From: Rhina ancylostomus | Lineage: Eukaryota | Length of the DNA: 64,000 nt | Direction: 5' to 3' | Assembly: GCA_030265395.1 (NCBI GenBank) | Contig: JARFYF010000017.1 | Span: 27,371,701 to 27,435,700, forward strand | Part shown: piece by piece, positions 51,913-64,000 of the stretch | Layout of the letters: every line of letters starts with the position of its first letter | How positions within the stretch are numbered: the first letter of the stretch is position 1 | The notes under the pieces: model-generated | Databases searched by the model: none | What the model was told of the DNA's origin: nothing | What the model saw: the letters and a program-made list of their open reading frames with translations, nothing else | Translations under genes and position numbers: made by a program

Positions 51913-52254
51913 CTACAGTCTTTACAGCCACCTTGCACTCCAGCAAGCTAGTATCTGTACTGCTTGCGACCCTGTTGTCCCTGCAGACCTTGAACATTGA
52001 GTGTCTCATTGTGTACAGTAGATCTTGCTTTAATGCTATCGTCTCAATTATGCACTGTACTGGAAGAGGTGAACCAAAAATGTGAATGATGGTTCATTCA
52101 CCATTCTATATCCTTGCTTTTCTTCTATGCTTTGAGGTTACAATTCTCAGGTATCTGAACTGGAAGGGGTCATGGATAGATGGGGAAAGGTTGTGGTGGT
52201 GAGTTTGGAATTTTAAGAGTGGCATGTTTACTCCTTCTGTAAGCTTGTAATAAA

Positions 52255-52590
52255 AAGAGAACATGGATTGAGAGGTAAAAGTAGAGCACACAGGGTCTTT
52301 TTCCCATGGCTGTGGAATCAAGAACTATACCAGGCATAGGTTTAAGATGAGAGGGGAGAGATTTAATTTGAAGGGCAAATTTTTCACCCAGAGGTTGGTC
52401 AGTGTATAGAATAAGCTGCTAGAGGAAGTGATTGAAACAGGTATATTAGCAACATTTAAAAGACACTTGGATAGGTAAATGGGCAGGAAAGATTTAGAGG
52501 GATATGGGCCAAACATGGGCAAATGGGACTAATTTACATGGGCATCTTTGTTGGCATGGACTAGTTGGGCTAAAGGGTCTGTTTTCACAT
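52255..52590 (+). mobile_element. CR1 (HER1-like) 3' end
   Basis: ggcataggtttaagatgagaggggagagattt..ttttcacccagagg..acatttaaaagacacttggatagg..gagggatatgggccaaac..ggcatggactagttgggctaaaggg. Confidence 0.85.
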
Positions 52591-52639
52591 GAGAAAACCA
52601 TCTCTGTTTTCAGCCCTACAGATCATGGCCCCAAAAACA

Positions 52640-52800
52640 TGCATTAACATAATTAGTGCCTGTTAATTATGTTAATAATCTCTTCATTGAGCTGCCTCAT
52701 CTCTTCTCCTCTAGTTACCTTCTGCTGCGTAGAGTTGTGTGCCACTTTGTCTTGTAGGAGGAAAGGAATTGTGTCAGCGAGTCTGGTGCCTGTGTTTACG
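52640..52800 (-). mobile_element. Harbinger Myb-partner exon fragment
   Basis: ttcctcctacaAG then DKVAHNSTQQKVTRG; parallels the motif at 33610. Confidence 0.4.
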
Positions 52801-53802
52801 TGGTGCAGCTGCATCATTAAATAACTGGAAGTTGAATACCTGAGTTGAGGTAATTGAAATTCATGAGTATTATGTCCAAGTTGACTCAACGTATTAACCT
52901 CCAAGGTGAATAATTTTCACTTCTGCTTGAGTGTTTTGTTTAGTGACCCTCAGTCCCATAATTGGAAAGACATCCTCCCAACCTTCACCTCCTATACCAC
53001 AGCCTCCAGTGCAGAATCCAAAAACTTTGGAGCCTATTCTCGTTGCACTATTTTTCATACTTTTCCAAATCAGATTCATTTATAGAGCAACTGATAGAAT
53101 CTGCTCCAGATACTTTCCTCTTTCCCATGACAATGCAAGAGCTAGTTTGTAGCTTGGACTGATGTTAGGTCTTGTGATAATGGCTCTCCCTCCTGATGCG
53201 CACAGCCAATGAACACCAAGGCTGCTGCTGGCTGAATGCTTCAGTCATGCCAATAAGCAGTTAGCATGAAGTTGGCATGCTGCCTGCATTCCACTGAACA
53301 GACACTGAACAGACTAACCATGCATCATTATCCCTGTGCTTTTTTTCAGGAGCTATTGAACTGAACCGACCAGAATCTTTTGCTCAACTCTATAATATTG
53401 GTGACCACTCATTCAGCTCATCATTAAACCTCCCTTATGCACTCGATAGCCTTGGTGTTCTGTATTTAATCCCTCTTCCCTCACAATTTCCTGCTGCTCT
53501 ATTTGCTTCAGCCCATGGAAAGTGGGGTACAAGGTATAGATTCTGGCTTAACTATTCCAGCAATACTGATTATCTTTTGTGTCATGAAGAATGAAAAGGA
53601 AATGGATATGGGCACGAAATCAAATTTTGCAATGAACCCTGAGATATAGTCAAAGATCTCCAGAAGAATTTTCTATGAGGAGTGTCTGTTCAACTGAGTG
53701 CATCCACCTTCGTAAATGGGCTCTACATTGAGTAACAAACATTCTCAATGACAAATATAAATGCCAGAGTCCCAAAGTACGATTAACAACATCCATTCCC
53801 AA

Positions 53803-53895
53803 TTCAAAGTCAAAGTCAAGTTCATTGTCATATGTACAAGTACATGTATGCACAGCTGCAATGAAAAACCTACTTGCAGCAGCAGCACAGACACA
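53803..53895 (-). mobile_element. Short LINE 3' tail
   Basis: caaagtcaaagtcaagttcattgtcatatgtacaagtac..gcaatgaaaaacctacttgcagcagc; matches 38995-39265. Confidence 0.65.
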
Positions 53896-56766
53896 ATTCA
53901 CCTTATACATTGCTGCCACCTCTTACACTGCCTTGAAGTGCAACACAATTTCTATTAGGCATTTTCCCACTCCAGTAATAATAGTAGCTTGGACACCAAT
54001 AGAAATTCCTTATCCTGCAAAGGTGCAAGTTGAACCCAGGAATTTAAGTTTCCATTTCTTCCATCAATATTATTTCTATCCCACCCTTCGTTAGTTTTTG
54101 AAATGTTTTGCAGAAACATAGAATGATGCAAATCCAGTTCGTTACAAAACATATGAAAGATGAAAATCATACAATTTATTAAAATTATCTGAACAGCTTG
54201 ATAAGATCCCACTTTTATATCTGCAAAAGGTGGCAAATTGCTTGCCCTCCAAGTTAGGTTTACGAGTTTTGCCTTTAACATTTTTTTAGCCATAGAGTGA
54301 CAGGTCAATCAGTCAGCTACTGCTTGTACAACAAATCTAGCAGGATTATTCCTGATTTAAGTGGTACGTGAAGTCAGGATTCATACTACTGAGGAATAGT
54401 GTGGTTCTCACATAATGTAAAGATCCGTATTCCTATTTATGTGAATCATAAGAATTACTGGGGTAAAGTATTAATAGTAACATTCATTCATTATGAACAG
54501 AGATAGCTTAATTAATTAGTATGAAAGTCTTATTTATACTTCAGTGATGAGGACAAACTCATAAGTGATTGTTACAAGTCTGTGTATTAATCAGATATGA
54601 ACAAATGTGTCATATATAGTCATTACATATTCACTTTGTCTGAAGGATATATAAAATAAACTGGGTGATTCAGTCCATTTGGCTCCTAAATTCTGAACAG
54701 ATTTAGTACATAACAGTCATCATTCAACAGAAAGTAAATTCTGTTCCTATCCAGAAATCCTTGTGGTACTTTTCAGCCTGTGACCTTCAAGTTGTCTGCC
54801 AGGATATTATTTCACACAGTGGAGTTTAGGTAGGAAATGAATGCTGAAATGGCCTGTTTCTTGGCGGGAGGAGATGTGGTCTCACCCAAAAGCTAAGCCC
54901 GGGTGTTTCTCAATTATGAGATTCCAAGTACCAGCCAACCAAGGCCACCTGTTTGCCAACTACCTCAAAGAAAATTAAGTCACTACTGAGAAAATTCCTG
55001 AGATTAAAGTTGCCACCCCTAACCCCAACTGAACTCTTGGGAAAAGGAGATGCACAAAATAAAGAGGAATGAAGAGTTTAGTGAATCATAGAGTTGGAGG
55101 AAGCTACAGAGATTAGGAATAGTAACACAAGTATATTTATATTTACTTTTTGGCATTGGAGAAAGAAGTGTTAATCTTGCCCAACTAAGTGACATAAGGG
55201 AAAAGTGGATTCTCTTGTGGGATGGCAGAGTTTTGAATAAGTAGAAGATTATGAGGGTTGAAGATGATAATTCATCAAAGGGGGTATCTGGAAATGACAA
55301 AGGTCAAAATGGTTTTGGTGACTGGTTAGCTGAGGTCAGTACTTATACCAGTATTTTCAAATCAGCTTAAAGCTGTCACCTAGATGGTCAAGGTTAACAT
55401 GTCTTTCCCCAGTGCCAAAAATTAAATATACTTGTTACTATTCCTAATCTCTGCAGTTTCCTCCAACTCTATGGCTCACTAAACTCTTTATTCCTCTTTC
55501 TTTGTTACCCTGGCCACATTGAAGCAGACTTTGGAAGTGATAAACCAACAAGAATGTTGCCTATATCTACATCTCTATCCATATTTTGTGATAATATTTC
55601 AACAAATAATACCAATAGACAACCTTTCTGGATAGATAAGCAATCAATACGTACCTATTGGGTCTTCAATATTACCCTTAAATTGTTTTGATTACAATCC
55701 AATTATTTTTTTCAAATAAAAGGTTTGTTGAGGTACTTGTATCTGTTTACACAAGAAAACAGCAGTAGGTCGACTTTATCTAATTTATATGTTGCCGTAT
55801 ATTTGTCACATTATATATGAATATAAATTGTTAACTCTATTTGCTACCATCCATTGTAGCACTGTAAGTTTTCTCATTGTTTGCCTTTGACCTTACCATG
55901 AAAAGCTTAATATCTCTGTGTTATATAAAATAACTAAACAGTAAAACAATCTTCNNNNNNNNNNNNNNNNNNNNNNNNNNNNNNNNNNNNNNNNNNNNNN
56001 NNNNNNNNNNNNNNNNNNNNNNNNNNNNNNNNNNNNNNNNNNNNNNNNNNNNNNCTGATAGATTTGTAATTGAAATAACTAAGATTACCTTAAAGTTATT
56101 CAAAGTAGCCACTTCTATTTGTTCATTTGAATGTGACTCCTTTATTCCATGTTTAGAATGGACCTACAGTAACATGATCTGAATTCTCACTTGTATAAAG
56201 ACTATATTTTCAAAAGGTGTAGCAATAGGAATATAGAAAATAGGAATCAAAGTTCTATTTATGAATCTTCAGTTTGTTACATATATGCGAGAGCAAACTC
56301 AAATCCCTTTCATTGCAACTATAAGTAACAGGAGACAAATCTTGTCCCTGAGCATCCAGTGGGTGTGACTGAACACCTAAACCTAGCTAAGCTGTAGCTT
56401 ACCGCTGAAAATTTCAATATTTAATTCCTAATTCAATCTTATTCGATAGGAACTCTGATTCACTAAAGCAAACATTTTTAGCACTTGTACTTATCAAAGA
56501 TTCAAAGATCGATAGCATGAAAATATTACAAATATTGATTGTTGAGAAATATAGTGATAAATTATTGATCTGAGGAATGTTAAAGTTACTGAAAGCGTAC
56601 AGTTGCAGCTAAGGTGAGAGTAATGGTATATCTTGTAAACTGAAGTTAGCTGGATTATATTTTCTACAAAAATTGGCTAGAATTTCTAGGCGAGACAGAT
56701 TTCTTTAGTGGGACATTGGCAGAGGCTTCAAATACATGATGTAAGTAGCTAAAAAATATTACTTAC

Positions 56767-56855
56767 AGTCTTTCCTCAAGGGCTGCACAGAGCTTCCGAT
56801 TACAGTATGGAAAATATCCGCAGTTCTTTCCATTATATTTGCATCAACTATTCCA
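56767..56855 (-). CDS. Candidate exon (89 nt): phase 0 to 2 WNS-TGA-CKYNGKNCGYFPYCNRKLCAALEERL, or phase 2 to 1 GIVDANIMERTADIFHTVIGSSVQPLRKD
   Basis: Acceptor ttgctaattttAG, donor ACT|GTAAGT, CpGs retained; only the TGA-containing frame joins exon 48244-48402. Confidence 0.5.
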
Positions 56856-57459
56856 CTAAAATTAGCAAATATATCTAGTTTCCTTCTTTAGCAAACTGGC
56901 AACTAAATAGATGCAGATTCCAAATTTTATATAAGGAATGGATTTACACATTTGCAGTGTGATAATGCATTATTCAAACATGGCCATGCCATTGTTCAAG
57001 TTTATCAAGAATGGTGTTTGAATTTCACAGAAGTGATCCTGATTAAATTTTAATGATGCAGTTAGTGCAATAACAAAACAATTAAAAAAAACTTTCTCTT
57101 GATTCTGATAAATATTTGAAGGTTAGACATATTTCAAAAAAGAGAATATACATGTTTTACACTGTAAGCAAATTTTGCTTTTAAGACTTTGTTGCGAGAA
57201 TGACCCAGCTCACTGTAAATCAGTCACAGCATCAAGGGTGTAATCTGGATGACTGTCACAAATGCATTCCAATAACCATATTGTTAAATGATGAAAATGA
57301 AGATGCTGATGATGTTTCAACACATTCAAGGCATTTTGACAGAAATTATTACTAATACTGTCTTTTCAAGCTACTTATTTGTAGACCAAAAATTAACTAT
57401 TTCATCTTAAACCTGCTTATTCTTTAAATGGAAATATTCACAAAAGCTTTGTTATTTTA

Positions 57460-57830
57460 TGACTGATAGTTAAGAGGAGATATTGGCTGTAAATATCAGA
57501 TTTGGCATTAAACTACAAGGAGAATGTCACTGACATGGGGAAGGTGCAGAAGTGATTGACTCTGATGATTCAAAGAGAAAAGGCTTTGGTTATGAGGAAA
57601 AGATGGCATTTTTATGTAACTATTAATAAATGACAAGATCTGATAAAACTTATTAAATAATTGGGATTTTTGATAAGATAAATAGGGATAAATTATCTAC
57701 ACTAGTCAGGGGATCAATAATCAAAAGGAAAAAAATCTAAGGTAATCATCAAAATGACAAAGATGCAATAGTGACAGTGCTGTACCCAGGAGGAATCAAG
57801 ATGATTGGGTAATTCCTTTGTCAGTCAAGA
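57460..57830 (+). mobile_element. Old CR1 3' fragment
   Basis: ggggaaggtgcagaagtgattgactctgatgattc..ggttatgaggaaa..tttgataagataaatagggataaattat. Confidence 0.55.
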
Positions 57831-58412
57831 TTGTTGGTTGCACTAAATATAAGTGGCAGAGATTGTTTTCATGCACATATTTGTAAAATAATTGTCTTCT
57901 GCTCTGTCATGAGTTCATCAGGTATACCAGTGAACAGCAACATAGTGTGAATTGTGGCCATCCTGAAGAGAGTTGCTGGAACATGGAAGGCATTATTGGA
58001 ATTAGTGGCAGATGCAGAATTGATAAGGGGAGTATATATTTAAAAACAAAAAAATAAAGAGTGCAGGAAATAAAATAGCTCTTTCAACAACCTGCCAGGG
58101 TTGTGACGACTAAATGTCCTTTTTTAATTAAGTAATTAATTAAAAATTCATTCTTAGTCTCTGGACATCACTTGAAAGGCCAACATTTATTTCCCACCCC
58201 AGTTACACTTGAGAAGGTGGTGGGGAACCACAGCAGTCTGTGGAAAAAATGTAATGCTTCCTTGAAGGAATATCAGAATTTAGATTTGCTTTGATTTGAT
58301 TGGTCAGTATATAGTGGTACATACAATATATTAATTTAAATTCCACAGTCTGTCTCTTATGTCTTCTGGAATTACTTGTTATTTACTATGAGAATCAAAG
58401 GAATAATATATC

Positions 58413-58665
58413 TGTCATGGTTCTGAGTTCTGGCCCTCAGTTTGGCCCCATTAATGCCTTGTTGTCCAGCACATGGATTCCATGCTGGANNNNNNNNNNN
58501 NNNNNNNNNNNNNNNNNNNNNNNNNNNNNNNNNNNNNNNNNNNNNNNNNNNNNNNNNNNNNNNNNNNNNNNNNNNNNNNNNNNNNNNNNTATCCTGACTC
58601 CAGTCTTGTATCGGTGTGCCGCATTTGGGTTCTCTGTGAGTTTGCTCCGGATCAACATTGTGACA
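58413..58665 (+). mobile_element. Solo LTR, copy 3 (5-bp TSD atatc)
   Basis: tgtcatgg..attgtgaca flanked by atatc at 58408-58412 and 58666-58670; central N gap. Confidence 0.9.
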
Positions 58666-60582
58666 ATATCCACTTTAACATTAGCTCTTAAAATGATAAG
58701 GATGTTTAAAAGTTCACATCCAGAAAGATTTTATGTGAAGTAAAACCCAACAATTTCAAATGAAACCAATTCATAATCTATTCAGTGTAGAGACAGATTA
58801 CCATTTTGTCTTTGGTGTGTAGAGAACATCAAAACCAGAAATGCATAATATCTAAGCAAATTACATCTGCAAGAATTATTTCTTAACATCTCCAATACCA
58901 AAATGTTAATGTAAACATGCAGAACATATCAAATTGCATAATACTTCCTTACTCAAAATAGTTTTGACCAAACAAGTTATTATATTCTCAGTTCAAAAAT
59001 GTTCCAGAAAATATTGCAGTAAGCAGCAGCAATATCATGCCAAAGAAACAAAACCTCTAATCGGACACTTTAACATTATGTGATCTGTAACATATACAGT
59101 GGTGAGCATTATGGTTAATACAAATTTCTGACCCCTTTTCATATGCAGTAGAACTTACTCATTAAAATTTGCTGTGCTAGATATCTTATTAAGTATATAA
59201 ATACTCTATGTATGGAACTGTGCAAGAGGTCAGAATACATTTGAAAGGCACTGACTGAATGTGTACAGTGATGATGTTTAATTGCTGTATTGGCCAGATT
59301 GAAGGCTCCACACAGAGACTAAATACTGTAAAACAAGCATTTCAGTTCATTATCAAAGGTGCTGAGACTATGGAAAATAAAAGCCAACTGTAGCTATGCA
59401 AATAGTTGAACCCTTGCTTTTTTACAAAATGATTTGCAATAAAAATGCAAATGCATCCATGGGGGAATTTCATAACATGGACACAACATAAAAATAATTT
59501 ATTTAATGAAACACATCATATGATCTATTTTTATTCTGTTGGATTATGTTAATTCTAGATACTACTGTGAGAAATTTTTAAAAGTATAACATGTATTTTG
59601 ATCATAAATTAGATTTTCATTATTGCATTTGTTGTGTTACTTAAATTGTGGAATTTACACATTCCTTCTTAATGTTAAAAGTTGCACAATGCAAATGTAT
59701 GTGGTCTGCAGAAGAAATATCCCGCAGCTGTTTTAATTAGTGATTAAAAGGATGTTAATCAGCTGTTTAGCTTTGCCCAGCCTGAAATATTTATGAAGTG
59801 ATTAGAATTTATGCTATTCAGCTTTATGCAACAAGAAGCTCCTCCCAAACAGAATGTCCTTGAAGGTGTAAGTTGAATTTGTGTCCTTAGGATTCATTCA
59901 TTACAAGACTCAAGGGTCGCTGCCAACAGGAAGTACATTTTGTGTTTTTAATGTGGTTTTCGACCAGCATCAATCATTCTGTGCAATTAAGCAATTCTCT
60001 CTCATTTCTGCTGCGACAAACTCCAGGATACAAAATACACTGACAGCTGTCTTAAATAGGCTGACACAAATTAGGTAGTGAGGGCACAGGCCTAAATGTC
60101 GTCATTGTAAGGATATCTGTCATTTACTCTAGACACATCTGCCTGATTTATTAAATGCTTTGAAGCCTTGAGTAATCTGCGTGATGCCAACAAACAAAAC
60201 CAAGGTGTCTTTTTTTTAATCTGTGTAATTCTTTCAGAATGCTCATATCAGCAAGTGCACTCTTTTTGTTGGAAATATACTATTGCAGCATTGTGTTGCG
60301 GTTGGTCCTTAACAGCTGAACAATTTTAAATGATCGAGTAAATAAGCAAAATAAAACAAATTAAGTGATTGAAGTGAATGTTTCTATGCATTTAATATTC
60401 ACTTATTTAAAAATAAATGTAATGTGGTGATATCAAAAGGCAAATCCTCAAATGTAGAGGATGAGTTCAGGTCAGCCTGAACCGGCATTGTAACTCACTT
60501 AACCTCACTGGGTGATTCTCACTGTTTGTTGGTGGAGTCATTAGACAGAATACCAGTAGCATGAACTGCCTTGTGTGGTTGT

Positions 60583-60603
60583 GGGGTGGGTGGGGGGGGG
60601 GGG
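60583..60603 (+). repeat. G-tract (G4-T-G3-T-G12), G-quadruplex-capable
   Basis: Directly visible. Confidence 0.7.
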
Positions 60604-63459
60604 TGGAAGGAGAACTAAAAATTCGGTATGACCAACCTTGGCTCTCTGGGGTGCATCTCCTATTGACTTATCTTGGAGAGCAGGAATGACACTGATTATA
60701 TTCAAGTCGGTGGCTTATACAGTTTGCCTTTTCTCGTGAACCAGAGAATACAGGGGCAGCCTGTATGGACAACCTAAAAGTAGAGTCTATAGCATCTTTT
60801 AATTTGGTGCAAAAGGTTGCCACATACATGTAAAGTCATGACTTTAAAGACATTTAGTGAAAGTTAGACAAGGCGATTTAGCAACCTTGTTTATTCAATA
60901 AGATGAGCTAACAAGAGATATGCTGACATTATTGATTTATGACAGTATTTGTTTAATAATTAATCAGCAAATGAACAGGTTACTAATATAATATTTTCAT
61001 ATCAATTGTACACAAAAAGGCTAAAAAGACAAAATAGATGCACTATTTTAACCCTAGATATTATTCAATAGTTCCTGCAATTTCACCTCATAGATACAAA
61101 TGCATCATCTTAGAAAATAGATCAAGCAAACTAAAATGAATTTATTCCTCTGTTGTAAATTTGCAGAGGAAGGCAAGCTTGTTCTGCATGGAAACGTCAT
61201 TTGCTATCTATAATATTGACAATACTTTTTAAATTTCATCTAGTTTTGTTTGCATTCTGTGTAAGATGTTTAAACACACAAGGAATGGCAATGAACCAAT
61301 ATAGATCTTCAGCACTTTCCAAGGCTGCTGAACATATGAATTTATCACAAAAATGATTGAAATTCATTGGCAGTGCTGTGTCTTTTCCATTAAGACTTGT
61401 TATCAGACAATGACAATAAACTAAATTCTGTCCAAGGCTGTCTATACACTGCCTTTTGACAAAGAATGTAGATTATGTCAAGGAGGTTTAGGGAATGATG
61501 TTTGTATTTGTCAAAAGGCCATATCTATCTTGGAAGAAACCCACAGGGTAATATCAAAATTTGTCTTAAACTTTGCTGTGTTATAACAATTAATTGTTGT
61601 TTTTCTTACAGTATCATTATTATTAGTGAGACATTTGAGATAAAAGCTTTGATTCTTTGAAAATGAAAGACTGAGGTATGAAATAATAATTTCTTATGAG
61701 CATAGCTCTATTACTTGTCAGCCACAGTGACAGAATATAACGGAAATGTGCCATATCCTGATAACAACCTGATTGCTTTCCACACAGATAATGTCATTTA
61801 ACGCCTCATGGACTGAACTTTACTTCCCATTTAAAATTTGTTTAATATACTTGTTTACTAGAAGTTATATGGCACAAAATTGAGATTGCCAGTGCCCAAT
61901 TTTTGAGCACAAAGACTGCCCTCAGAACTCCAACATGGCATCAGCACAGGTGAAATCTGTGACAAATTGCAACAGGCACTATAATGATGACAAAGTTGAC
62001 ACACATTTAGTTAACAGTCACCAAAAATGNNNNNNNNNNNNNNNNNNNNNNNNNNNNNNNNNNNNNNNNNNNNNNNNNNNNTGAAAATGTGTGCAACAGC
62101 AAATAGGAGCTCCCACCATCTAATTACCGAGATCATCTGCCACTTGTAGGATCGTTTTGTTTGATTTCTTCTGGCAGTGGTATGATTTCATAGGTGTTCA
62201 GCACCTTCAGTTTTTTTTGAAAATTGTAAAGATTAATGGGAAGTGATATGTCAGGTGCTGGAGGAGTTTGAGGATTAGGCCACATTAGTAGAATAACTGA
62301 GACATGAGAGGGAATGCAGAACATGCTGATAGAACAGTGGTGAGGAACCTTTGTATGGAAAGGCTAGATTTACAGTCCAAACAACTTGAGGGTCATTTAC
62401 AAGAAACAAATTATATTTTAATCCTACAGAACCAGATACTAATTTGTTTGGTTGTATTTAAAGGCTCTCTTGCTGCAGATTTCACTGCTCCATTTAATAC
62501 CCTTTGGCTGCTCTCTCCACCATCTCTGCACTGCTCTGCCCACTGCCCTTCTACTGTCTCTCCACTGCAGATCGGAAGGCTTTCACGATCATAATAAGGT
62601 TTTTAAGATTTTCCACTGAAACTTAAAATATTAACTGCGATAACTAACTAGTCACCCTTGTGCTTCCTATTAGTGACATTTTCCAAATTCCCTTGGATTA
62701 CCACTCCTGCACAATGGTGCAGAGGAAGAGATAGCAGAGATCAGTGAAGATTGACCAACAGCAGCACTCAGCCTAAATAGCCCAGTTAGGGACTGCATTG
62801 CCTTGCCTTGAGCGAGGGCATCCTGGGCTAGTTGGCTGAGGGGAAACTGCAATGGCATTGTCAAAGACCAGCAAGGGGAGCATAAAAGCTGTCACCCTGA
62901 GAAAGGAGAGCAGTTTCTTCAACAAATCCCTTGTTGTTCTCATAACCTTTCAATCTGATAGAAAGCAAAGCTCACTGCTACCATCAAAGCCTCGAAACGT
63001 GAACCAACAGTCAAATCCCAATTGGCAGCAAGCAGTATTGATAGCTGTAACTTATGCTCCCACTGCAGTTCACAGGTACTAGATGGCCTCTGTCAGTGCA
63101 TTTGTGGAAATTGAAACATCTCCATCAACCAGAGCAGTGTGGATGTGTCTTCTCCTGCTGGCATGGAGGAACCCACCAGTTCCCAAATGGAAAGGGGAAA
63201 CTCATGTTCTAAGCAGACGTTTGTAGATTTAAAGGACCTCTCATAACCTCCCCCCCACTTCACCTCCACCTCCATTCTTTTTGGCAGCCCTCATTTCCTT
63301 TCTGACAGTCCATGTATCTCCATGTGTGTCCACATCAACCTGCTCCTGCAGGATCCCCCACCAAGTTCTCATCTGAATCCACTGAAACAGAACTGATGTG
63401 CACCCTTGTTGATATCCAGCTCTCTGGCACTGTCGTTTGAAAGGTGTGTGGATTTTGTC

Positions 63460-64000
63460 AGATGAGGACAAGGGTATTTGACGATTAGGACCTCAGACCT
63501 GGCATAAAACCTGTGGTCTATCAGGCAGTGGTGATCAGTGCCCTCCTATAATCTTCTGATACCTAGGCTACCTATACCCAGCACCTGAAGGCATCAATGG
63601 AAGATCACCAACACTGAAAAATCCTCCAAATTCACTGGAAGGACAAACAAACCAACATCAGGGTCCTCTCCCTGGCCAACATTCTCAGCATTGAGGCACT
63701 AGTTGCCGTTAGTTGTCTACATTGGGCTGGTCACATTCAAATGCCCATCCCTCCCAAAACAGACACTATTCCAAGCTCCAGTTGTGGAAGGACATTATCA
63801 GATAAACAGAGGAAAAGTTTCAAGGATGTACTCAAAGCTTCCATGAAGAAATGCAACAATCCCACTGACTTAATGGAATCTCTGGCCCATGACTGCTCAG
63901 ACTGGAGAAGTAGCATTCGGAATGCTACTGAGAACCTCAAGGCCTTGCATTGAGTGTACACAGAGGCCTCTGTGTAAGTAACAGAAGGAGTGGACCACCA
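63460..64000 (+). mobile_element. RTE (BovB-like clade) LINE 3' region
   Basis: VYQAVVI, KILQIHWKDKQTNIRVLSLANILSIEAL..LHWAGH, QRKSFKDVLKASMKKC..ESLAHDCSDWRSSI. Confidence 0.88.

Noticed and set aside
1-64000. CRISPR array, retron, operon or other prokaryotic/phage system
   Set aside because: Vertebrate intronic DNA; all RT, integrase and transposase motifs belong to decayed eukaryotic transposons, and no regularly spaced repeats were seen

Overview
Eukaryotic, AT-rich, CpG-depleted genomic DNA from a cartilaginous fish. The DeuSINE/SacSINE1-like, LFSINE_Vert-like, V-SINE, CR1, RTE and Penelope-type repeats point to an elasmobranch, probably a batoid (inference). It is a short-read scaffold with placeholder N gaps. 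Most of the window looks like intron of a large minus-strand gene that the ORF track largely misses. Four short exons with canonical AG/GT ends (48244-48402, 22031-22103, 21075-21224, 2118-2164) join in compatible phases into a peptide I cannot assign to a known family. A fifth exon (56767-56855) joins them only through an in-frame TGA, and a 30-nt candidate micro-exon also carries an in-frame TGA. The rest is decayed transposons: Gypsy pol and gag remnants, three solo LTRs with 5-bp TSDs, several CR1 LINEs, Rex/Babar, L2 and RTE tails, PIF/Harbinger fossils and SINEs. There are also a few repeat-poor blocks that may be regulatory. No rRNA, tRNA gene, CRISPR array or prokaryotic system is present. 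Repeat family names come from recalled consensus motifs, not database searches, and repeat boundaries are approximate unless a TSD is given.
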